64,000 bases of DNA, taken from Calcarisporiella thermophila CBS 279.70 (Eukaryota; Fungi; Calcarisporiellomycota). This document shows positions 39,327 through 51,362 of this stretch, piece after piece. Below the pieces are notes generated by a model. That model made no database searches. It was not told the origin of the DNA and worked only from the letters and a program-made list of their open reading frames with translations. The DNA is taken from assembly GCF_041956535.1 (NCBI RefSeq), contig NW_027192198.1, positions 631,982 to 695,981 on the forward strand. The letters are read 5' to 3'. The number at the start of each line of letters is the position of its first letter. Within the stretch, counting starts at the first letter, position 1. The position numbers and the translations under genes are program-made.

Positions 39327-41170
39327 ATGAGAGTATCGCTCGCTCTCTCCCTGGTTCTGGCCGTTGCTGGGACCCTTTGTGCGGCCCAGAAGGGCGGCAA
39401 ATGGAAGGTCATCGGCCGCTCAGGTACCGAGTCCTGGTCTTGGATTGTTTATTTTTTAATTTGAGATTGAGTTTGTCGAGTAACCATAATGTGCGTATTC
39501 CTTTTTAACTCATTCAAGGTGTCCCTGCTATGCATGCTGTCTTGACAACGGCTAACAAGATAGTCATTGTGGACAAAGGTATATACTGCTCGCCTGTATT
39601 TTCTTGTTTTTTTTTTCTTTTTTGCTTACCTCTATTTTTTTTTTGTTTGTTGGTTCCCAAATCAGCCGAGCCCTCCGAGCTTACTTTTGATGACGGCACC
39701 TATGCATGGGCCAGCGAATACGACCTCACTACCAATACGGCGCGTCCATTGCGTCTCCTGACGAACACCTTCTGCAGTGCCGGCGCTTTTCTCGGCAATG
39801 GGACCCTGTTAGAAATGGGCGGGGATATCCGATTCCGCGACCCTACTTTCCCAGCCGATGTGGGATTCCAGTCCATTCGAGCGTTCCATCCCTGTGAGTA
39901 TTGGCCCGATGGCTTGTTGGAACGGCGCCATTGGAAATGGGGTTTACTGACCGGTGTTCTTTTCTCTCTAGGTGACGACAACACGTGCGAGTTCATCGAG
40001 AATCCGGGTGGCATCCATATGAGCAGTAACCGCTGGTACCCGGCCATGCTGACCCTGCCGGATGGCCGTGTCATGGTGGCAGGTGGCTCCACCAAGGGCC
40101 AAGGCGCGGTCGCAGCCCAGTACAACAATCCGACGTACGAAATTTTCCCCCGCAAGGAGGGAGAGGCCCTCAACTATGAAATGCCCATCCTGCGCACCAC
40201 CATCCCCAACAACCTGTACCCGCAGATCTACGTATTGCCGACTGGAAACCTCTTCGTGCTGTCGAACCGCGACGCGGTCATCTACGACTACATTCGCCAT
40301 CGCACCGTAAAGCAGCTACCAAAGGTGCCCGGCGTCCCTCGGACATACCCGTTGACGGGAAGTTCGGTGATGCTGCCCCTGGACCCGGCGAAGGACTACG
40401 AGCCCGAGATCCTCGTATGTGGGGGCTCGGAGGAGATGGACCGTTTCAAGCCCGCCGACAACACCTGTGTCCGCATCCGGCCGCTGGCCGAGGACCCGGA
40501 GTGGCGCATAGAGGACATGCCCAACCGCCGCACAATGCCCGACATGGTTCTGCTGCCGCAGGGTAACGTGCTGATCGTCAATGGCGCCGCAGAAGGCTTT
40601 GCCGGGTACAGCAACGCCAAACTTCCCCAGCTCGTCCCGCTCCTGTACGAGCCGGACCAGGAGGAGGGCAAGCGCTTTTCGCTCTTGACCCCGAGCGACG
40701 TACCAAGGATCTACCACAGCGTGGCCATGCTCCTGCCCGATGGCCGCGTCTGGGTGGCGGGCTCAAATCCCCACAGCCGCATTTCCCGCGAGACAGAGTT
40801 CCGTGTTGAATCCTACACCCCCGACTATCTCCTCTCCAACAAGCCCCGCGCCACCATCACCGAATGCCCCACGGAGATCACGTACGACCAAGAGTTCGAC
40901 CTCACCCTCGACCTCGGCTTCAATCCCCAGAGTGCCGACGAGGTCAATGACATTCGAGTGTTCATCGCCCATCTCGGATTTGTGACTCACTCGACCCACA
41001 TGGGTCAGCGGCATGTGTTGATGCGCTATCAAGTGAAGAACGTGGACCGCACCATGACCCTGACCACCCGGTCCCCACCCAACCCGAATCTCTTCCCTCC
41101 GGGTAAACACTGGCTGTACGTGGTCGTCAACGGAGTACCAGCCGTCGCCAAACATGTCTGGATCCACTAG
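39327..41170 (+). CDS. Secreted copper radical oxidase (glyoxal oxidase-like, AA5_1)
   Basis: Signal peptide MRVSLALSLVLAVAGTLCAA; catalytic motifs TNTFCS, RWYP, RIYHS, FVTHS; TATATAAA at 39254; 3 introns. Confidence 0.9.
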
Positions 41171-41880
41171 TCAGCCCTACCTTCCCTTCTCCCCCTGCCC
41201 TCCCCACCCTATTACCTAAGTAATATCTTACCCCATCTGCTTTATATACATATAAAAAAAAGAGAGAACTCCCATTCCTTTTGCCCCAAAATATATCCTA
41301 AACTAAAAGTAATTCCTGGTCTTGTTTTTTTTTTTCCTATAATAATTTCGACCCATAAATCATACTAGTTATATTCTCTGTATTAAATTTTTTCGATATC
41401 TATTTACTGTTATGTTGCTTATGTTTATTGAGTTTTTTTTTGTTTACCTTTTTTTTTTTTTTAATTTTGCCTCGTCTAAACTTGGTGTCGGAACAAGCAT
41501 CCCTCGAGAGCAAAGTAGTTCTTATACCTTTTTAAATTTCATGGATATACACTTCAATTTCTCTATATAATTTTTTTTTTCTTATCGTGTTCTTGGTTGC
41601 AACGATGCAATAAATTTATTTTATGTATCCAATTACGCTTCTAATGACTCTTTCTTCGGGTGCAGAAGAAACAAGAAGGTATAAAAATACTATAGCACTA
41701 CTAGAGAATTGGAGAATAATATTACAAACATATTTTGCCAATGAAAATGGTAGAGAACGGTCAAACCGTGGAAGAGGGCCTCCTAGAGGCGTTTTCAAAT
41801 ATCAACACAATCGATCCATAATTTCTAGCGCACATCATTATTGCTCCTCTTACCCCCCCTCCCCCCCTCCTCCTTCTGCT

Positions 41881-44800
41881 CTAATCCTCCTCCTCTTCCT
41901 CCACCCCCTCCACCTCCTCTGCATTTCCTGCCTGCAAATAACGCTCATCACCCCGGAAGAGATAGAGCAAGTCATTCAAGGACAGCCGCGTAATCTTCTT
42001 TCCTTTGCCCTCGCCAAGAGCCCCATCGAATATCATCTGCTTCTTCTCCTGGAGCTTCAAGATCCGCTCCTCAACTGTGTTCGCAATGGTCAAGCGCGTC
42101 ACCGTGACGTTTTTGTGCTGGCCAATCCGGTGCACCCGGTCAATCGCTTGGTGCTCCAGGGCCGGATTCCACCACAGGTCCATAATGATGACCCGGTTGG
42201 CACAGCACAGATTCAGGCCCAACGACCCGCATTTCATACTCACAAGCATCACGTTGACATCCTTGGAGATAGAGAATCGTGCCACGGACTCGCTCCGCTC
42301 ATCCACCGACATGGTGCCATCGTAGCGTGCAAATTTATACCCATGTCTAAGGAGAGGCTCTTCGAGAATGTCGAGCTATATAAAAGAGAAGGGGGAGGTT
42401 AGACGACCTGCGAAGAGTGCGTCATAAGGGACCATTCTAAAACATACAAATCCAGTAAACTGCGAGAAAACGATGGTTTTGTCTTCGGGGGCCTCACTAC
42501 GCCACTTGTCCAAGGTTTCGAGTAGCTTGTCAATCTTGGTGGACGAAGGGAACTCTGGCTCAGAGGACTATTCAATGCCAGTAGATATAACAAAATTGCA
42601 CACCAACGAGGAAATAAAACAAAAGTGTATAAACTCACGTTAACTTCACCCGAAAACCCAAATTTCTCCAAAGTATTTTGTCCCATGGCTCTTGATTTTG
42701 TTCTCCCCCTGGCCCTTCCCTTGCCTTTATCAACCGCCTTTCCTTTCTCCTCTTTTTTCACTTTGGTGTTCGTTGAGGGGCCACGAGTCGTTGAGGGTCC
42801 CGCAAAATCGTCATCTGTTGTACTCACATCGTCCTCATCGGCATTATCCAGCTTGCTCGGGCCAGCCTCGTCAAGCCCATTGGCCTTTAGATGAAGCTCA
42901 TTCAACTCGGACAGGGATTCTGACTCCGCCTCGGCCTGGGGCACAACGTGGATGGATTTGAAGAGTTCTATCGATGCAATGGTGTCAATATCAAGATGGC
43001 CGCTAGAATCAAAGGCAAGTATTAGCCCAGTCCATTGGATTATATAGAGCTTGAGGAAAAGGTATACCGGCATGAGGGGCATGTCTTTTCCGGTTCCCCA
43101 CTCGAAAAAGCGGTGTTGAAATAGTCTAAACATAAAAAAGCAAGCACAGTCCAGTTCAGCGATGTCCATCCACACCAGGTTAGGCGCAAACACTTTACCT
43201 AGGATACACTCTCGACAAAAGATGTGCCCGCACTTCGGAAGAAAATGCCCGTTTTGGGCCGCATCCATGCATATTGGGCACTCAAGGCTCTCCTCGAGCT
43301 GGGATATTAGCCGCCGAACCACTTCTTTGTCCATATTCTGCACAAGTTGCCGACGACGCTCCTCCAGGGCCTCGCCATCCATTCCCGAAGCATGGTGGCC
43401 ATCAAGGAGACCCGCAGGCACGACGCACTCATCCTCGGGAACGAGATGAGGATGAAGTACGGCTTGGCGAAGACGCAAGAGGAGAAGAAGGATCTGCAAA
43501 GGGGGGCCGAGTTATTCCGTAAAAATCTTCATCCATTTCAATTGGGTGCCAGTGCGAAAGACTTACATTTGTATAGTTGCGCATCACTGTTCCAGCTTTC
43601 ACGTATTTCTCAAAGTTAAGCCGCGACTGCTTCTCCAACGAGTCGTAAAAATCACGCTCTTCCGGAGTGAACTCATCCTGCTGCAATGTGACCTCCTTTG
43701 TCGGCAAAACAAGAATAGGCTTGCCATTGATCTTGTCTGATTTACGCCGACGCAGGAGCATCGTCTTCAGGACCGCTTGCACACGAGTGAAGGCCACCTT
43801 TTCTCGTCGGCTAGAGGGATCAACAAAAAGACCCAACTGTCAGTCTGCTTGCATCGATAACGAAGAGCCTTTTCTTCAATTCTCACCTTTTCATCGGCTG
43901 CAGGATCTGGGTGCGGAAATTATCCCACTCACACATGGGTCTGATGCGCAGGAAATGGAATAGAGAAAATCTACCAAAATAGCATCCAAGCGGTTGTGTT
44001 TAGGCAAAAGGAGCCAGGGTAGGTTTAGGCTGGAAAAAAATGGAGAGAATACTCACAGCTCCTCTAGGTTGTTCTGTAGCGGGGTTGCCGACAAGCACCA
44101 GCGATGCTCCGCTTCCAGTTCGTAGCACCCTTTTGCGCTCCGTGTATTTCGGTTTTTTATCTGCTGAGCCTCGTCTAAAATGATGCGGAAAAACTTGACT
44201 TTGGCGAGAGTCCCAGGGCCACGGACCATGACTCGCTCGCCCTTCTCATTCGGCTTGTATATAGGTGTTTCCATCTGTACAACCGAATACGAGGTGATGA
44301 CAACTGGAGAAGTAAATGTGGCTCGTCAGTCTTTCGATGATATGTGTTTCAGTATTTTTTTTTCAAACTTCACGTACCATCATAGCGACGTAAATCGGCG
44401 GGATTCTTGGTGCGTTTTGGGCCGTAGTGCACCCCAACACGGAGCTTACCGGGCTGGATCTTGCTCGAAAACTCAAGCTCCCACTGGCGTACCAGCGACA
44501 CCGCTGTCACAACTAGGGTCACATGCGGCGAATCTTCAGGAGGCGGGCGAGCAAGTATCAATGCCATGCTCTGAATGGTTTTGCCGAGACCCATGTCATC
44601 GGCAAGGATTCCACCCTTGAGATTATTCGTCTCCTCCTTTTTCACCATCCATGCCAGGCCAACCTTTTGATGTTCCAGTAAGGGCGGGATTAGTCCATCT
44701 GGCACTCCAGTACGATCCTAAGTCAACATAAAAATATGGGTCACCCCTCCCCAACCGAGAGCAATGAAATAAAATCTAAAAAGTAAACTTACAGCAGCGT

Positions 44801-46358
44801 CTAGCTCCTCATCAAAATTGGCCTGCTCCAGCAGCTTTTTAAGTTCAGCGTCCACTTCATGTCGTGTCAATCGAATTGGTGGTGCATACATCTCAGCTCG
44901 ATATTCGGATGTTCCAAGTGTGTATCCGCCACCCCATCCGCCACCCCATCTCTCGGTCTTGAAGTGGGGCGAGTGGAAGGCGGGGATCTCGTACACATCC
45001 TCGCCAGAGCGGTATTTTATCTCCTCTACGTCCGACGAATCTGACCAATACTCGCGTTCATAATAGTCCTGTGATCTATAGTGCAGGGAAGAGGACGAGG
45101 ACGATGGGCCAGGCATTGGGTGCTCACGGTGATGCATGAACATAGGAAGCGAAGCGTCGATCGCATTGGAAATACTTGGAATTGCAAAAGGATTCCGTTT
45201 AAGTGTATCCTGGGTGAGGGGGTGTGAGGAGGGGTTGGAGGTGAGATCAATCACGTCAGACTCATTGGGCGATGCGGAGCCGGAAGTGGTAAGATCAATA
45301 ATGGAAAAGGTAGTAGTGGAATCACTGTCGCCGTCAAGCACTACGGTTGGGCTCTCGGCCTTTGGTATTGCTAGGTTCCCAGAATGCGATTCGGCAAAAG
45401 TTGCGAAAGGCGAAGGGTTGGAATTGAATTTCCCTGAACTGTCGTCGTCAAGCACTACGGTTGGGTGCTCAACCTTTGGTATTGCTAGAGTCGCAGAATT
45501 TGAATCGGCAAAAGATGCGAAAGGTGAAGGATTGGAGTTGTATTTCCTTGAGGACGAAAAAAAAGGGCTCGTTGAAGACATTTTATCGAGACGTGATGTA
45601 TGAGACGATGTTGGGGAGTGGTTCGTCGATGCTGAGTCTCTGTACGATATGGAATTCTTGAGATTTGAAGGTATGACAAAGGGCTTTTGCTTTTGTGAGG
45701 GTTGGTTGTCAGAGTGCTTAGAGTTAGAGCTCTCACTATTGAATCCGGTGGTGTTTTTCCAGAATTGCTGCAGTACACCTTGGGATTTCTTCACTGAGCC
45801 AGGTGCTCTCTCGCGATGCAGACCATCATTGCCATTGATGGATGCGCCCTTTGGGAAGCTTCCGGGCATGGATATTTCTGATTTTTTCGAAATGGCGTGT
45901 TCGCTGGAATTCTTAAATGACCCATTCACCCCAGCTGGCTTCAACTGCGGATATTTTAGTGCAGAACTGGATGCTGATCCTAATTCCGATTTCGAACTTG
46001 GCAGAGCCGCCGAGGACAGCGAAGGCTTTATGGCCCCCACTTGTACCAGTTTAGCTAATGCCTCATCCTTTTTGAGCTCTTCAATTTTCTGCTCATGTTG
46101 TTGGATGAGTTCTAGTGCATTTTCTCCATTGAGCTCGATCGCAAGTCGACGTGCTAACTCCTCATCCGACAATTCTTGGCTATCTAATCGCGTGCGTTTC
46201 GAGTCGTTATCTGAGCTCTCCGCCGGTGAACCCTCTACTTTTCGTTTATTATTATTATTCCTATCATCAAGAAGTTAGCGTTTGTCGAAAAGTGTAGAGA
46301 ACAAAGGTCCGATGTGTGATTTGACTCAATACACACAAAAATGAAATGCGGCTTACAT
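41881..46358 (-). CDS. SNF2-family Rad5/16-type translocase with RING finger and N-terminal SUMO-interacting motifs (Uls1/Ris1-like)
   Basis: GGILADDMGLGKT, ILDEAQ, SATPLQN, RING CPIC..CGHIFCREC..CPSCR, SLGLNL, QAIDRVHRIGQ; SIM-like VVLDDD, IIDLT, VIDLT. Confidence 0.88.
45324..45540 (-). repeat. 114-bp (38 aa) in-frame tandem duplication inside the SNF2-RING N-terminus
   Basis: NSNPSPFASFADSNSATLAIPKVEHPTVVLDDDS versus NSNPSPFATFAESHSGNLAIPKAESPTVVLDGDS; DNA units start at 45324 and 45438. Confidence 0.9.
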
Positions 46359-46747
46359 TAGAGCTAGTGATCTGATTAGCCATTGATGATCATGAGAGTC
46401 TAAACTGGCACTGCCCAATGAGAGTAGTTGAATGGGTGCAGGTCTCTATCCTTGATGTATAAGAAAACGGAGGAGTTGACGATAAACGGGTAATACTGTA
46501 GTCACAGAAGTGTGACGTTTAATATTGATTATCGAAAATGGAAACTATATTTTTATTTTTCTTCGAAATGTCGAGATTAAATACGGTATCGCAGGTGAAA
46601 AAGCTTGTGTGAGCACAAAAGTTTAGATTCTTTTATGGCAAGCTGCAATCAACAAGCTTATCCCATTGAGACTTCACTTGACCAGGCGCTGATCCAGCAA
46701 TACGCTAAACTAAGTCCTTTTTTACCCACTTTATCATTCGTTTGATA

Positions 46748-49142
46748 TCAGCCTACCACCTCGATGCCCCAGAAGCCGCCCCCCTCGACCGCATACCATT
46801 CTGCCTCCTTGCTAAACTCTGCCCCAATAACCGCAACTTTCTCAGGTTTTACCTCCTCCTCCCATCCACAGCATATTACTGCACGACTGGAGCGAATCTT
46901 CCGCTGCGCCCACTCTACTTCAATTTTCATTGCTTTATCCTCGACTTTCTCGAGTCTTAGTTCGGCGATCTCAGTTCCCGGGAAAACATGCCCAATTGAT
47001 CCAAAAAAGGCGTCCGAGCGATACAGGTGAAGAAAAGTGACGGTCTGATGGGGGACGAGAACAATGGTTTTCCAGGAAGAACATAGCGCTTTCTTAGACT
47101 TGGCTCGTCTCCCTCTGGTCCATTGCCCTCAAACGTTGTAGCCGCCCGGAAATACAGCACAGGTTGCATGCTTTCTTCTACCGTTTCCGAACCATCGCCA
47201 AAAGCTTCGAATACCGCCCCAGGTAAATCAAACTGTACCTCTGTGTCTGACAGATTTGAATGTGTAGTATATCGTCTCTGCCCTATCGCGTATTCGATTA
47301 CCCAAAAATCCCGCCAGAGCTCATACACATTGGAGAGCAATATTCGTGCTTTGGGAAAAATGGAAGCAAGAGCTCGGTGCTGAGTAAGCGTGTACTCGCT
47401 TATGGGATCCGCGGTTAGGATTAAACTGCCGAGTAGGTTGGAGAGTAGGAGGTGTGTATGGTATTCGTGCAGCGAAAGACCGCTGTCGGTCATGGATATC
47501 AGTCCGGGCTCGATTCCATACGCTTCACCAGAAAGTTGCCACTTCTGCAGCAAGTTGCGCATCAATTCAATGGAAAAACGGCACGTATCCTCTTTAGCAC
47601 TCCCCTCACTTTTTTTGACTCCATTTTCGATGCTCCAGTAATGAAATTTTCCAACTCCTGTTAGAAGAGGAGCTCCACTACCCATAAGCAACCGGTGTTC
47701 ACCTACAGCGTTCCTTACAAAATCTACCACTTCGTCAAGTATTTGTGCTCGGGACCGCCCCAGTCTTGCAATTGGAGACGCATCTGTGAGATCCACGTGC
47801 ACTAGGTCAAATTTCCACTGCGTTAATAATGTATCGAAAACAGAGAGAAGATAGTCCTGGAATTGTGGGTTATAAAAATCGAGGAGATAGTGCTGGGATG
47901 TAGTTTGCACCATGGAGCCTGAGGAGTTTAGAACAACCCAGTCAGGTTGGAGCTGAAAGAGGCGTCTAGAAATAAATGGGTGTTGGTATTAAGCAAAAGT
48001 CAGATGTCAAACAAGCGTGTATTGCAACTACATACGATTCAGAAGAGACTGCAAGAGGCGATATCCGGATAGCAGCCTTATATCCGAACTCCTTAATCCT
48101 GTGCACGAGCTCGGCCATTCCGCTAGGGAATCGGTTAGGGTCTATCAAGATCCAATCTCCGTACGCATGTTGGTATCTAGGAGAAAGGCCGGTAGTTACA
48201 ATATGTAAACAACCGACGAGCAGAGGGCGTCTGAATATGGTTGAGAATCTTACCCAACATCGATCATGAAATAATCCATTGGAAAACGCTGCCTGCTTAA
48301 GGCCTCTAAAGTCTCGACAATAGACTTCTCGTTTACCTTTTCGCCCAAATTCCGACTCGTCCATCCTATCGCATGTTCCCCAACTGTTCTCGGGCTTCCT
48401 CCAAACTCTTGCAAGTATCTCATAATTGCAGGGCGCTCGCTCCCCTCCAGTACCAGTACTTGTATTAAATCTTGTTTTTTCTGTGCGTTAATCATCAACC
48501 CGGAGATATCCTTCATAATGGTAAGCCGCGAGTGGGTAAGATATGATTTAAAGGTGGTATATCCAGAAGTTTCAGAAATAGAACCAAGAAAGAGAATGTG
48601 AGGATTGGAAGATCCAATGCCTTGACCTTCTCGAAAATAGACATATCCCTGAGAAATGAGCTCATCGTGTTTAGAAGGCACTTGGGTTTTAAAGAAAAGA
48701 AAACTCTTCTGCTCGGGCTCTTCTTTCCACTCTCCGGCTAAAAGCAAATTTTACCAACATGAAGAAAAAAATCAGGTATTCTCTTTTACTGACCTAACAC
48801 CTGTTTCCCCTTTAAATATACCAGGTAGTCAACCTCGAATATCTCCATTTCGACACTGCATTGAGAAAAAGCAGAGAATGTCAACAGCATGCCTTCGAAA
48901 TTTTCTCCCCGCAGCTCATCCATCGAAACTGAAATTTCGAGTTCTCCGCCCCCATTAAAGGGTGAATCGGGTGTGACCATGCCTTGGAAATGCCGATGGG
49001 CATCTCGAGGGAGTAAAGGATCGGAGAGGAAAAAACTTGTGCTGCCTAGAGAGGAGGGATCATCAAGCCATGGAGTAGGTTTATATTTAACGTTAACAAT
49101 GGGCTCGATGACGCGGAAAGTGTGGGCATTAAAGGAGCGCAT
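46748..49142 (-). CDS. GH36 alpha-galactosidase-like protein with degenerate active-site motifs and an apparent 1-nt frameshift near 47068-47071
   Basis: GWTS, FMIDVG|YQHAYGDW...RFPSGM.ELV..IK..GYKA.I.ISP, LDFYNP..QDYL..VF, W.FDLVHVD; C-terminus continues in the -1 frame (PHQT..GSIGHVFPGTEI). Confidence 0.65.
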
Positions 49143-49349
49143 TTTGAGTAAAAAATAAAAAGATGGAAGTGTAGTTGAGTGGCAAAAAGTAAAAAAGAAA
49201 AATTAGACCCGAAATGCGGCTGAAGATGAGGCTGAAATCCATCTGATATTTTTTTAGAGCACCAATATCGATTTCTCAGAGTACTATTAAAGTCGAGTTT
49301 GGAAGGGTTACGAAGCTAAATTCCTACGCTAAACGAACGGATTCTCGCA

Positions 49350-49638
49350 ATGTCCAGGGGCGGCGTAACAGAACACACCCGATTCCAAAATAAAGAATCG
49401 ACGCTCTTCGTAGATCCTTGTACGGCAGAGACAAAGGCAAGCATGCAATGTTTAGATGACAATAATTATGATCGGTCCAAATGCGAGGAATATTTTAAAC
49501 AGTATCGCGATTGTAAAAAGCGTTGGGTAATTGACACAATCTGTGCGGATGCTGTAGATGGAGTAATAATGCCTATGCCTTAAAAAATTATTTTAGTTCG
49601 AGGAGCGACGGCGGCTAAAACGCGAGGGAAAAATATAA
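49350..49638 (+). CDS. COX23: Twin CX9C mitochondrial intermembrane-space protein, Cox23-like
   Basis: FVDPC.AETKASMQCL..NNYDRSKCEEYF.QYRDCKKRW; intron 49527-49596. Confidence 0.8.
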
Positions 49639-49998
49639 TCTTGCCTTAAGTATACACGCCCAATTATATCTAGCAAAATGAACGCCCTTTTATTGCTGGT
49701 TTATGAGTGCTACCAGACGCTCGGTGGCCGCAAAGTTGATTTGTGGGTGGTGTTGGATTTAGGGGGGTTGGCGAGCTTTTTCAAGTTAAAATGTAGAGTT
49801 GGAATTTGATATAATAAGAAGTTTTATAAGTTTTGAGAAAGAGAAAGTGAGGGGGAGAGACATGATAGTACCATTAAGAAGAGAAAAAAATACATAAAGG
49901 AAAGAAAAATATCACCCATCCAATCTTCATAGTGTTTCCCGTCTTATCCAAAAGAATCAAACTTAAGCCTAACCATGAACGATGCAGTTTTCGATGAT

Positions 49999-51014
49999 CT
50001 AAGCGCTCTCCTCTGCCTTCTCACCGCCCTTCTCCCCATTCATCTCCTCAAAATAATCCATTCTCGCCACCTTGATGACCAGCCCTCGTCCCTCTACCTC
50101 ATGACCCTGCAGGGCCTCAAGGGCTCGCTGCTGCTCTTCCTCCGACTCCAACTGAACAAAGCCAAAGCCCTTGCTCCGTCCGCTGCTGCGGCGCAGGACC
50201 ACGTGGGCCTCCTTTACCGTATAGCCTTGGAAGATCCCTTTGAGAGCCGCATCGTCGAATGAGAAGGGCAGGTTGCCGACAAAGAGTGTGGTCTTCGAAG
50301 GTTCTTGCTGAGCGGAAACAGCTGTTGGCTCGCGCGGCCTTCCCTGAGGACGCCCGCGCTTGCCGCGCCGAGCACGAGGACGGCGGAACTTGCGCCGGGG
50401 AACGCCCTCCTTCTTCTCGGCGGGTAATTTGTCCTCCTCCTTCTCTCCGTTTTCCCCTTGCTCCTCCTGGCTGTCCGTTTGCTCCCGCGGCGCTCTAGGA
50501 ACCCCGCGCCTTCTTCCTCTCCAGCTACCGCGGAATCGCCCCCTCATGGGCCTGGCAGGTGCAGTTCCTTCAGCTCCCCTTGATCGCTGCTTAGAAGGTG
50601 CGCCCTCCTCTTGAGTCTTGGCGGGTTTTGGGCGTGCAATCTGGACGCTGATATTACGGCCTTCCATCTCGCGCCCATCCAGTTTGTCCACAGCGTTCTG
50701 AGCGTCTTCAGAAGATGCGAATGCGACGAAGCCATAGCCCTTGGAGAAGCGGCCGCGAGTGATAACAGAGGCAGCGGTCCTGAGGGGTTGAATTGAAAAT
50801 CAAAAAGGGAGATGAGGCGGGGATGCGGGAAACTCATATTTTCTATAGGTAAAGCCATGATGGAGGGGACTTACACTTTTCCAGCCTCAGAAAAGAGCTC
50901 ACTAAGCTCCTCGTTTTTGGTGCGGAACGGGAGATTGCCCACAAATACCTTGTGGTCAACCTCTTCTATCGATGGCTGCTGGTTCACTTGCTGTTGAGCA
51001 CTGGCTTCCGTCAT
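49999..51014 (-). CDS. Two-RRM RNA-binding protein with Arg/Gly-rich linker (Sbp1/Tcg1-like)
   Basis: RNP2 VFVGNL and LFVGNL; RNP1 KGYGFVAF and KGFGFVQL; 1 intron. Confidence 0.8.
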
Positions 51015-51362
51015 GTCAGACTTTTGCGTTTTCCAGAGGGGGATGAGGGATGGACTTAGAACCTGGATTTAAAAAAAAATTGGAGAAACGAGCTTGGTAT
51101 AATAAATCGAGCCAATTATTTGGGATGACGTCTCCTGTGTCACAAGAACCTTCAAGGGGTTGCACAATTTTTCAATGGCCTTCCTTCTTAAAGTTTATTC
51201 TCTCCCAGAGGGGTGGATCCCTCTTCTGGTACTCTCTCATCTGCTACTATCTATCCCGAGCTGCCCATATTTATTCTAGATCATCACCATTCATACACGG
51301 TCAAGATATTTAGAAAATAAAAACATAGCATCATAGATAAACCAGTATAATACATAGCCCCG

